Part shown: positions 49,459 to 58,472 of the stretch, one piece after another
Layout: each line of letters starts with the position of its first letter
Position numbering within the stretch: the first letter of the stretch is position 1
Origin: Methanobacteriota archaeon
GTDB taxonomy: Archaea > Methanobacteriota > Methanobacteria > Methanobacteriales > Methanobacteriaceae
Direction: 5' to 3'
Length of the DNA: 64,000 nucleotides
Assembly: GCA_963787255.1 (NCBI GenBank)
Contig: CAWBCJ010000029.1
Location: 448,001-512,000, forward strand
Made by a program: the position numbers and the translations under genes
The notes under the pieces: model-generated
What the model saw: only the letters and a program-made list of their open reading frames with translations
What the model was told of the DNA's origin: nothing
The model's database searches: none

Positions 49459-49515
49459 TTTGAAGATTTCCCGCCTAAAAAAAGATAAATGGAGGATTCC
49501 CGCCCAATCTTCAAA
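49459..49515. other. Structured element 3' of ABC ATPase, sharing a 23-nt motif with 52827-52849
   Basis: Stem TTTGAAGATT/AATCTTCAAA enclosing two TTCCCGCC copies and TAAATGGAGG. Confidence 0.6.
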
Positions 49516-49523
49516 GTATTAAG

Positions 49524-50219
49524 TCAAGATGTGATATTATTCGTTTTTTCTTCTTTAATTTTCCCATCAAGCACGGTTATGATTTTTTCAGCCATGTTAG
49601 CCACGTATGGTTCGTGTGTTACCATTACAAGGGTTACATTCTCTTTTTTGTGGAGGTCTTTAAGAAGATTTAATATTAAATCTCCTGTTTTTGAATCTAA
49701 GGCCCCCGTTGGTTCGTCGGCTAAAATAATAGAGGGATGATTCACTAAAGCTCTCGCAATGGCTACTCGTTGTCTCTGTCCACCAGAAAGCTTGGTTGGT
49801 CTCTGGTTAATTTTATCTTCAAGCCCCACTGATTTTAAAAGTTCCAAAGCTCTTTCTTCCATTTTTTTACCTGAAATAGAAGTTTCAAGCATTGGAATCT
49901 CCACATTTTCAAGCACGCTGAGATTGGGAATCAAATTATGAAGCTGGAAAACAAATCCAATTTCACCGGACCTGAACCCACTCAAATCCTTTTTATACAT
50001 CAGATCAATGCCTGCAACGTTTATAGAACCTTCATCTCCTTTATCCAGTGCTCCAATCATGTTCAGGAGGGTTGATTTCCCAGAACCGGAAGGTCCAATT
50101 ATGGAAACAAATTCCCCTTTTTTAATTTCAAGATCGATGCCGTTTAATGCATTAATTTTGCCATTGTCGTAACTTTTTTTGAGATCCTTTATTTCAATGA
50201 TATTTTCCTTATTATTCAT
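49524..50219 (-). CDS. ABC transporter ATP-binding protein (LolD/MacB type)
   Basis: GPSGSGKST, IGFVFQ, LSGGQRQRVAIARAL, ADEPTGALD, VTH. Confidence 0.95.
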   Translation of the reverse strand: MNNKENIIEIKDLKKSYDNGKINALNGIDLEIKKGEFVSIIGPSGSGKSTLLNMIGALDKGDEGSINVAGIDLMYKKDLSGFRSGEIGFVFQLHNLIPNLSVLENVEIPMLETSISGKKMEERALELLKSVGLEDKINQRPTKLSGGQRQRVAIARALVNHPSIILADEPTGALDSKTGDLILNLLKDLHKKENVTLVMVTHEPYVANMAEKIITVLDGKIKEEKTNNITS

Positions 50220-51354
50220 AGCGCAACGCCTCCGTTGGTGCTAGTCTGCTGGCCCTGTAGGCAGGATAAATTCCACCAATCATTCCAACAAGGAAAGCTA
50301 TTCCCAAAGCCCTGATGAAGAGTTCAAGTGAGTATGCAGGTTCAATTATACCCTCTGTTGATGGTGTAAGGGATAATAGAACTTCAACACCGACTACACC
50401 TACTACAATACCTACTACACCCGCCATTAAGGTGAGTACAATGGATTCACCAAGTATCATTCCAAGTATTCTCCTACTTCTCCAACCGACAGCTTTTAAG
50501 ACCCCAATTTCACGAGTTCTCTCATAAACTGACATTATCATGGTATTTATGACTCCTACTCCTCCAATAACTATCGCCAGGAGTGAAATAGCCCATGTAG
50601 CTGTATCTATGAAGCTCAAGCCCTGATTTATTCTTCCCATTTGATCAGCAGCAGAAGTTGTGGATAATTCATCAGGATATGCATCTTCAATTGCATTACC
50701 TACTTCAGTAGCATTTGCATTATCATTTATCTTTACAGCTATAGTACTGACTTCTTCTTCGCTATCAGTTAAATTCTGAAGTTTATTTAATGAAATGTAA
50801 GCTCCAGCGTCTGTTATGAAGTTTCCTGTTTCAAATGTTCCAGTAATTTTGAAATCCTTATTGAAAATGGTGATTGTATCTCCAACAGTTTTATTAAGGG
50901 TTTGGGCGGCTGTTTTACCTATAATTATTTCATTTGCATCTCCACTCGAGAAAACAGTTCCGTTGATACTGTCTACTCCAACGAGATTAAGCTTACTGCT
51001 ATCTATACCGCTTACGGTAAATCCACCGGGCCCAAAGCTGGAGCTCGAGCCCTCTTCCAGACGAACACTTGTTCTTAAAATACCGGCTGTATCTTTGATA
51101 CCGCTTATGTTTTTGATATCTGTTACGCGAGACTCATCAATACTTCCTGATAAAAAACCGTCTGTACCTTCTTGAATTACAGTAATTTCAGCACCTCCTG
51201 ATTTAAGAGTGCTCTCTGTGGATGCTTTAAGTCCCCCGGTAATGAGACCTAAAGCTACAATGGTAGCAATTCCAATTGCAATTCCAATAATTGCAAGTGA
51301 ACTTCTTGTTTTATTTCTAAATGGATTTTTTACGATTAATCCTAGGTAATTCAT
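50212..51354 (-). CDS. ABC transporter permease (FtsX/MacB-like, 4 TM with large extracellular domain)
   Basis: RNKTRSSL, NTMIMSVYERTREIGVLKAVG, PAYRASRLAPTEALRYE. Confidence 0.95.
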   Translation of the reverse strand: MNYLGLIVKNPFRNKTRSSLAIIGIAIGIATIVALGLITGGLKASTESTLKSGGAEITVIQEGTDGFLSGSIDESRVTDIKNISGIKDTAGILRTSVRLEEGSSSSFGPGGFTVSGIDSSKLNLVGVDSINGTVFSSGDANEIIIGKTAAQTLNKTVGDTITIFNKDFKITGTFETGNFITDAGAYISLNKLQNLTDSEEEVSTIAVKINDNANATEVGNAIEDAYPDELSTTSAADQMGRINQGLSFIDTATWAISLLAIVIGGVGVINTMIMSVYERTREIGVLKAVGWRSRRILGMILGESIVLTLMAGVVGIVVGVVGVEVLLSLTPSTEGIIEPAYSLELFIRALGIAFLVGMIGGIYPAYRASRLAPTEALRYE

Positions 51355-51420
51355 ATTATGATTACTCCTTTTTCAAATGAATTTTAATTAGCATAAGTCT
51401 TACCATTCTTTAATAAAGAA

Positions 51421-51488
51421 TATTTAAGTAATTATTTCAAAATTCATTGCAAATTTGTTACAAATTACATGCAAATTGTATCCAATTA
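51421..51488 (-). promoter_or_regulatory. TATA box with four 11-bp-phased upstream boxes
   Basis: + strand TATTTAAGTAATTATT at 51421 (TTAAATA on minus); CAA(A)TT at 51450, 51461, 51472, 51483. Confidence 0.75.
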
Positions 51489-51571
51489 CGGGAAAAAAGC
51501 ATTGAAAATCAAAAATATATAGATTTAATGGTCCAATTTTAAAAGAAGAATAAAAAAAGATTTAAAAGATT

Positions 51572-51871
51572 TCAGTAATCCCATGTTATCTTTAAAAGTA
51601 TAGTGAGCGCTATAAATTCGATAATTCCACCTATGTAGATGGGCCGGCCTATTAATAAATCACTGTCCACTATTAAAAAAGCGATGGTGGAAATACTTTT
51701 GATTAAAAGCATTAGAGCAAATAAAATTAATCCTACTGTAAATCCAATTTTTATCTGTCTATAACTTTTTGTATAAAGATAGAGTAGTCCAGTTAATAGT
51801 CCTATATTTGCAATTTCTATGATAATAGCTGCAATTTTAATTCCTGTGTATCCAAATAGTTCTAAGGTCAT
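51572..51871 (-). CDS. Small 3-TM membrane protein, paralog 2
   Basis: 12 nt downstream of wHTH gene; near-identical to 49072..49371. Confidence 0.85.
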   Translation of the reverse strand: MTLELFGYTGIKIAAIIIEIANIGLLTGLLYLYTKSYRQIKIGFTVGLILFALMLLIKSISTIAFLIVDSDLLIGRPIYIGGIIEFIALTILLKITWDY

Positions 51872-51883
51872 TTTAATCCCTAT

Positions 51884-52168
51884 TTAATTACTTTTCTTAA
51901 CCTGTTTCCATATAATTTCAAAATCATCGTAGTTTTCTTCCATGCTCTCTGAGAGAAAATACATTTTACCATATTTTTCTCCAGCGGATTTAACCACATC
52001 ACTATCTTCTAGAATCTTAATATGGTGTCTAATAGTCCTGTAATTCACATTTAACTCTTCTGCAAGCTGATGTGCATTGTAAGGCCGTTCATTTAATTTT
52101 TTAATGATTCTGGCACGATTCACGCCACCCCTTGTACCAAGGATCAGCCACCACAGCACTTTTTTCAT
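51884..52168 (-). CDS. Winged helix-turn-helix (ArsR-like) regulator, LWWL..GTRGG.NR subfamily, paralog 1
   Basis: [29 protein letters not shown]; KYGKMYFLS wing; no Cys metal sites. Confidence 0.9.
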   Translation of the reverse strand: MKKVLWWLILGTRGGVNRARIIKKLNERPYNAHQLAEELNVNYRTIRHHIKILEDSDVVKSAGEKYGKMYFLSESMEENYDDFEIIWKQVKKSN

Positions 52169-52298
52169 AGGTTATCACTATCTAAATTAATAACATGATT
52201 TTAAGACTTCAAATAATTCTTTTTAATTATATTCTTAATAAGAATTGTATAATGTTATATTTAGATTTAATTTAAAAAAAATAGAAAAATAACTAAAA

Positions 52299-52679
52299 TT
52301 AATTTTTCATTGATTCAGTTTTTATAAGTGAACCTAAAACTCCTCCAACTACTCCCATGACTATTTCAAGCCCGATATAAAGAACTACGGTACTTATTAT
52401 GCTGCCCATATATTCGCCATATCCCTGGAAGTACATCATAACTACTAATAAGGCCGAAACTATTAATCCACCTATCAATCCTAACAATACTCCATTAATA
52501 GCCCCTTTTTTTATATTACTGCCCACCATGAATCCTAACGCAATCCCTGCGAGTATAAATGATGGTAAAAGTATGCTCTGACCTGAAATAATGTCTGAAA
52601 CAATGTAAAGAGTTACTGCGATGATAATTCCAATTATCAATGGTCTCCATTTAATTAATTCTTTAATCATGCTTTCCAC
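52299..52679 (-). CDS. DUF5518-like 4-TM Gly-rich membrane protein
   Basis: KWRPLIIG, GFMVG..KKGAING...G.IGG, GVVGGVLG pattern. Confidence 0.75.
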   Translation of the reverse strand: MESMIKELIKWRPLIIGIIIAVTLYIVSDIISGQSILLPSFILAGIALGFMVGSNIKKGAINGVLLGLIGGLIVSALLVVMMYFQGYGEYMGSIISTVVLYIGLEIVMGVVGGVLGSLIKTESMKN

Positions 52680-52718
52680 GTCCTGATTTTAAATTTTTTC
52701 ATAATATAGTATAACCTC

Positions 52719-53054
52719 AAAAAAAAGAATAGGGGATTTATAGGAGGCATAAAAATCCCCAATATCATTTCAGAGGTGAAATGAATGTTATTGTATATGT
52801 ATATCTCCAAATAAGCTCAAAAAGACTAAATGGAGGTATCCCACCCAATTTGATAATTTCTCCTATCAAAAAAAGGGGGAAAGAGGATTTTTACCTCAGA
52901 TAGGAGAGAATTAAGCGACATATTAATGAATCTTGTAGAGGCCCACCCACTCTACAATTGAAGATATTTTTTTTAGTTTTTTAAGATATCACTCCAAATA
53001 ACCTCTTGATTTATTTTTAAATAGATTTTAATTTCTAACTACCCTGAATTCCAT
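52719..53054 (-). ncRNA. Candidate ~340-nt multi-hairpin regulatory RNA or structured leader (strand inferred from promoter)
   Basis: Five stem-loops (52732-52760, 52765-52784, 52801-52839, 52855-52912, 52933-52957); last hairpin followed by U8 on minus strand; conserved promoter at 53075. Confidence 0.6.
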
Positions 53055-53074
53055 GTATTAAAGTTAATAAACTG

Positions 53075-53140
53075 TATTTAAGTAATTATTCCAGAGTTTT
53101 TCCCAAATCAATACCAATTATACCCAAATCTATACCAAGT
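53075..53140 (-). promoter_or_regulatory. TATA box with four phased upstream boxes
   Basis: Same 16-mer TATTTAAGTAATTATT as at 51421; CAA boxes at 53104, 53115, 53125, 53136, the first at the identical 29-bp offset. Confidence 0.75.
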
Positions 53141-53378
53141 CCTAACACGGCCATAATTTATTTATAAAAACGAGAATTCTTCCTTAATACAACTATTTTG
53201 ATTGTAATTAAAGATTTTTCATAAACACATCTAAGATGATTATAAGCAATATTCATTATATTTGATCCTAAAAACCACATTTATAACTTTTATAAACTTA
53301 AAAATATATTTTAACCAATTTTAAATATTAAATTACTAAATAAAATAATTATAGATTATTTTAGCTCGAAATAATCCA

Positions 53379-53421
53379 ATTTAGGAATCTTTTGGGTTAA
53401 ATTTGGGAAAAGTTTTATATC
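53379..53421 (+). promoter_or_regulatory. Phased TTT(A/G)GG boxes upstream of TTTTATAT
   Basis: ATTTAGG, TTTTGGG, ATTTGGG at 10-11 bp spacing, then TATA-like 53413-53420, upstream of GT-C-like gene. Confidence 0.65.
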
Positions 53422-53472
53422 TATTCTGGAATTTAGTTTAATACTGTAAATCAACAAAAAAAGGAAATTTCT

Positions 53473-53521
53473 CAAAAATCGGAGATTTTTGGAAGTTAGA
53501 AAAATGCAAAGCATTTTCTAA
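53473..53521. repeat. Two adjacent short palindromes with 3-nt loops (REP-like)
   Basis: CAAAAATC-GGA-GATTTTTG and TTAGAAAA(A)TGC-AAA-GCATTTTCTAA. Confidence 0.55.
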
Positions 53522-53548
53522 AATTTAAAACAATTTCAGGATGGAAAA

Positions 53549-55323
53549 ATGTCAAAAATAAGCACAAAATAAAGGAAAAATCATGGATTATAATCCTGGT
53601 TGCCATATTCATATTCTCATTTATATTGGATATGTACGTTTTAACACGTTACAATCTTTCTTATGGCCGAGACGGGCCATTTTACGACCTTCAGGTTCTA
53701 AGTATAATTCAAACAGGTTTCCCAGCCAGTAATGATCCGCCGCTTGCTTATTATTTACTTTCTCCATTTGTAATGCTTAGTGGAAACTCTTTCCTTGGTA
53801 TAAAAATTGGAATGGCGTTAATAGGATCTTTAATGGCATTTCCTGCTTATTTCCTTACTGAAATGTTTAGCAAGAAAATAGATATTGAATCTAAAGTTCC
53901 CGCGTTATTAAGTGCATTTCTCATAACAGTAAATCCATTTTATTTCAGTATGATTGGTGATTTCATGCAGAATCTTGTAGGGGCCTTCTTTTTATTACTC
54001 TTACTGTATTTTGCAGTTAAATGGTTTGAAAATACAAAGGAATGGAAAAAATATGGAATTTTAACGGTAATATTGCTTATCTGCAGCATATTCACCCACA
54101 TTTACACAGGAATACTGGCAGTAGTGTTATTTATATCATTACTGCTCTTTAACATAATTTTTAGAACCTTTAAAACAGGAAAAATGCCTGCAAGAGATTT
54201 AAAAATAGTGGGAGTAGTTGGGGTTCTAATTATTGGAGGATTGGCTGCTTTATTTGCATTATATCCAGTAATGTTTTCTAAATTCACCACAGTACTGTCC
54301 TTTGTAAATAGTTCATCTTCTGAAACTTCAAATTTAATGGGAGGGCCTAATACAAGTCCACTAATATTTTTAACAGTACCTTTCATATTAGGAATTTTAG
54401 CTACACTAAATGTACTTTATAAAGGATTAAAAGAGAAAATAGACGCTCAAAATGAAAAAATAAACAAAAAAATATTATTAGCACTGGTGTATTTGGTGAT
54501 GACTGTTGTTGTGATCGCTATTTCCACATTACCTTCAATTGATTCCCAGTATCAAGGTAGATTTATAATGCTTGCATTTGTCCCTATAGCCTTGATGGTG
54601 CCTTTAGGGCTTAAATTAATTGAAAAATGGATTTCAAATAGATATCCATCAAAAAAAGGATTGAAATTGGGAATAATCGGCATAATTGCTGTTTTATTTA
54701 TGATATCCAGTTTCTATACTGCGTCTACGACATTTTCAAGTATGGGGCCAAGTATCACCACAGATCAGTACAACGAACTTGTAAAAATTAAAGCTGATTA
54801 TTTAAATGGTAAAATAGATCCAAATGGCATAATAGTTGTAAATGACTACCATACGGGATATTGGGTCCAATATGTAACTGGAATGCATGTTGAAACAGGA
54901 AAGTACCAGTGAAATTCAGGCAAAATATCCTGATCAGACCATATATGCACTTACTTTGACAGAAAATAAACAATCAGGATTAAAAGGTAGTTTTGAATAT
55001 TCATGGAATCCATTGCTTCCCTTATTCATTTCCATTTGGAGGATTCAATATGGGATACTTCGTCAAATGGAAATCAGAATGCCTAGAATAATCCTCCTAA
55101 CCAAATTTCAAGAAATAACATGACTGCTCCGCCATCTGGTGGTTTAGGGAATAATACTCGGTTTAATAGATCAGGTTCTCACCCTCCGAATTTTGCAAAT
55201 ATGACTCAAAATAGAGGTGCTGGATCCTTACAAATGTCTGATCAAGGCTCAAATCAGTTAATAACGAATAGTGGAACACTAATTTTTAGTGCTGACAATT
55301 TAAAGATATATAAAATATCTTAA
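53549..55323 (+). CDS. GT-C fold (ArnT/PMT-like) polytopic membrane glycosyltransferase-like protein, frameshifted (near 53568, 54900, 55020)
   Basis: N-term MSKISTK/IKEKSWIIILV; GRDGPFY and DPPL in first loop; ~12 TM; QYQGRF; DYHTGYW; Gly/Asn/Pro-rich tail ending LKIYKIS. Confidence 0.65.
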
Positions 55324-55345
55324 ATTGCCCTTAATTTCTTTTTGT

Positions 55346-55778
55346 CTATTCCCAGGTAATATAGAGAAGTATGGACAATGCAATCAATTGGATTACATTA
55401 ATGGAAGATAAGGGAAATTCTTGCCGTCCTATTTCAAAGCTATGGCTTCCAGGGCCTAAAATCATGCTTAATGCTAGAAATAGTGTGGATACAGCATTTT
55501 GAAGTAGGAGAAGTGAAACAAAGACTAAAAGACCCATTGTGAATTTGGATTTTAATTGTCTGTAACTTTTCAAATAAACGTAAAGTAATGCAATTAATAG
55601 AGCAAATATTTGCAATTCCAATTATAATGGCTAAAATTGTACTTATGCCTATTATATCCCATCCATTTAGGGCTGGATTCATGCCATGTGGTGGAATTGT
55701 GCTGCCATTAGGGCTTCCTGTACCTCCTGGCCCATTATTAATGATATTTAGTCCTTTTTCCATAAATTTTTGTATCAT
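55346..55778 (-). CDS. Small membrane protein paralog 3 with Gly/Pro-rich N-terminal extension (frameshift near 55608)
   Basis: NNGPGGTGSPNGSTIPPHG..IGIANI joins LLIALLYVYLKSYRQLKSKFTMGL..ITWE, homologous to the other two copies. Confidence 0.8.
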
Positions 55779-55815
55779 TTTTTCCCTCTAATTCTTGAAC
55801 TAATTTAATGGTTAT

Positions 55816-56097
55816 TTACTTTTTCCCAATTTGTTTCCAAATTTCTAGAAATGTATCGTAATTTTCTTCCATGGCCGGCGATAAGAAGTACATTTTACCA
55901 TATTTCTCTCCGCCTGATTTAACTACGTTATTTTGTTCTAAAACTTTAATATGGTGTCTTATAGTCTTATAATCTAAATTCAGCTCTTCTGAAAGTTGAT
56001 GTGCATTATATGGTCTATCATTTAGCATTTTGATTATTTTTGCACGGTTTAATCCGCCCTTCATACCGGCAATTAACCACCACAACAACTTTTTCAT
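55816..56097 (-). CDS. Winged helix-turn-helix (ArsR-like) regulator, paralog 2
   Basis: About 68/93 aa identical to 51884..52168. Confidence 0.9.
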   Translation of the reverse strand: MKKLLWWLIAGMKGGLNRAKIIKMLNDRPYNAHQLSEELNLDYKTIRHHIKVLEQNNVVKSGGEKYGKMYFLSPAMEENYDTFLEIWKQIGKK

Positions 56098-56183
56098 TTA
56101 ATCACTAACCGGCTATTTTAAACAAGTTTAAATAATTTTTTAAATAAAAAGACCTATTTTGAAGGTTTTATTTAAAATTAAGT

Positions 56184-57044
56184 TTATATTATTCTTTCAA
56201 TTGGAACAACTAATATATCCCGTGCACCTATTTTTTTAAGTTCATTTACGGTATTAAACACTTCATGCTCATCTACAACGGCGTGAACTGCCACAATATC
56301 ACTATTGGATAAGACTTGAGAAACTGTAGGTCCTGTAAGTCCTGGCATTGCCTTTTTAACGTTTTCAAGAGATTCCTTGTCAACATTCATCATCACCAGT
56401 TTTTTACCCTCAGCATCAAGAACTCCTTTTATACCGGTTCTTACAGCTTCAATTTTTTCATTTTTCTCTTTAAAACTTTCTTTATTTGCAATTAGCTTTA
56501 TTGAACTTTCTAAAATGGTATCTATTATTTTAAGATGGTTCATTTTTAAAGTAGTACCTGTGCTTGTAAGGTCAGTAATTATATCTGCAACACCAATAAA
56601 TGGTGCAATTTCAGTTGATCCGCTTAATTCAACTATTTTAACGTCTAATCCTTTGTTTTTGAAGTATTTATCTGTTAAATGTGGGAATTCAGTAGCTACC
56701 ACAGCTCCGTGGTCTATATCCAAAATATTATATATTCGGGAATCTTCAGGCACTGCTAAAACAAGTTTTGCTGTTCCAAAGTTCAGATCTTCAAGAATTT
56801 CAACTTCAGCATCTTTTTCTTCGATTAAGTCGAGGCCTGTCATTCCCAGGTCTGCTGCGCCGTCTGCAACAAATTCTGGAATATCTGCGGCCCTTGTAAA
56901 CATTACACTTATTTCTTCATCATAAGTCTCTGAAAAGAGCTTTCTATTTGATGTATCTTTAATACCAATTCCTGCTTTTTCTAAGAGCTTTACTGCAGGG
57001 TTGCTTATCCTTCCTTTTGATGGAAGAGCAATTCTAAGTTGCAT
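56184..57044 (-). CDS. hisG: ATP phosphoribosyltransferase (long form)
   Basis: [31 protein letters not shown]-terminal regulatory domain. Confidence 0.97.
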   Translation of the reverse strand: MQLRIALPSKGRISNPAVKLLEKAGIGIKDTSNRKLFSETYDEEISVMFTRAADIPEFVADGAADLGMTGLDLIEEKDAEVEILEDLNFGTAKLVLAVPEDSRIYNILDIDHGAVVATEFPHLTDKYFKNKGLDVKIVELSGSTEIAPFIGVADIITDLTSTGTTLKMNHLKIIDTILESSIKLIANKESFKEKNEKIEAVRTGIKGVLDAEGKKLVMMNVDKESLENVKKAMPGLTGPTVSQVLSNSDIVAVHAVVDEHEVFNTVNELKKIGARDILVVPIERII

Positions 57045-57171
57045 TTAAATCCTCCTAAGACTCAAAGGTAAATTTATAAAATATATCATAGTTCTAAAGT
57101 AATCATTAGTTAATTGGAATGGTTAGATATTTATGTCCTTCTGTTGAGTTTTAACTATAAATGGTGGTTCT

Positions 57172-58464
57172 ATGGAAACAAGAAGTATTCTAATTGATAA
57201 CGTTACTATTTTAGGTAATGATATAAAAAAAGGCTCTGTTATAGTAGAAGATGATAAAATTGTAGAAATAACAGATAAAATAGGTATGCATCAGGCAGAT
57301 GAAGTTATAAACGGTGAAAAAAAGGTTTTGATGCCTGGAATCGTAAATACACATACTCATTTATCTATGAATCTTCTTAGGGGGCTTGCAGATGATTTGC
57401 CTCTTGATACATGGCTCAACAATTATATATGGCCAGTAGAAGCCAATTTAACAGGAGAATACTGCTACGCAGGTGCTCTGCTTGCATGTGTTGAAATGAT
57501 AAAGTCTGGAACCACTACATTTAATGACATGTACTTTTTCATGGACCACGTGGCAAAAGCAGTCGACGAAGCTGGTTTAAGGGGAACTTTATGTCATGGA
57601 ATGATCGATTTGGGCGATGAAGAAAAGCGAAAGGCAGAATTTAAAGAAACCATGAGAATAATTGAAAAATGCCACAATACTGCAGATGGTAGAATAAAAG
57701 TTTCATTTGGTCCCCATGCACCTTATACTTGTTCTGAAGAGCTTTTAAAAGGGGTAAGAAAAAAAGCTGATAAAATAGGGCTTAAAATCCACATTCATGT
57801 CAGTGAAACTGAATTTGAGGTTCAGCAGGTCACTGAAGCTCATGGATCAAGGCCATTTGAATATCTTGACGAAATAGGATTTTTAAGCGATGATGTGATA
57901 GCAGCACATGCTGTATGGCTTTCAGATAAAGAGATAGAGATAATTAAAGAAAATGGAGTTAATTTATCCCATAATCCTGCAAGTAATATGAAATTAGCAT
58001 CAGGAATATCTCCAGTTTCTAAATTAATTGACACAGGTGTAAATGTATCATTAGGAACTGATGGTGCCGCCTCAAATAACAATTTAGATATGATTGAAGA
58101 GATGAAACTTGCTGCACTCCTTCAAAAAGTAAATACTATGGATTCAACAGTACTTCCAGCAGAAAAAGTATTTGAAATGGCCACTATTGGAGGTGCAAGG
58201 GCTTTAGGACTTCAAGATGAAATAGGAACTATTGAAATTGGAAAGAAAGCTGATTTAGTACTTTTAGACATGAAAACATCTCATTTAACTCCATTCAGGC
58301 ATCCCATGTCACATATTGTATATGCAGCAACTGGTTTTGATGTTGACACTGTAATTTGCAATGGGGAAATATTAATGCAAAATAAAGAATTAGAAGTGCT
58401 TGATGAAGCAGAAGTAATTAAATTAGCCGAAAATGCAACAGAAGAACTCTTATCAAAAAGTTAA
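57172..58464 (+). CDS. dadD: 5'-deoxyadenosine / MTA-SAH deaminase (amidohydrolase)
   Basis: NTHTH, SGTTTFNDMY, PHAPYTC, HIHVSET, GTDGAASNN. Confidence 0.85.
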   Translation: METRSILIDNVTILGNDIKKGSVIVEDDKIVEITDKIGMHQADEVINGEKKVLMPGIVNTHTHLSMNLLRGLADDLPLDTWLNNYIWPVEANLTGEYCYAGALLACVEMIKSGTTTFNDMYFFMDHVAKAVDEAGLRGTLCHGMIDLGDEEKRKAEFKETMRIIEKCHNTADGRIKVSFGPHAPYTCSEELLKGVRKKADKIGLKIHIHVSETEFEVQQVTEAHGSRPFEYLDEIGFLSDDVIAAHAVWLSDKEIEIIKENGVNLSHNPASNMKLASGISPVSKLIDTGVNVSLGTDGAASNNNLDMIEEMKLAALLQKVNTMDSTVLPAEKVFEMATIGGARALGLQDEIGTIEIGKKADLVLLDMKTSHLTPFRHPMSHIVYAATGFDVDTVICNGEILMQNKELEVLDEAEVIKLAENATEELLSKS

Positions 58465-58472
58465 AACTAAAA

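Noticed and set aside
51440-53140. Phased short repeats as a possible CRISPR array or iteron origin
   Set aside because: Units are 10-11 bp with no spacers; no cas, rep or cdc6 genes; fixed position relative to TATA fits operators
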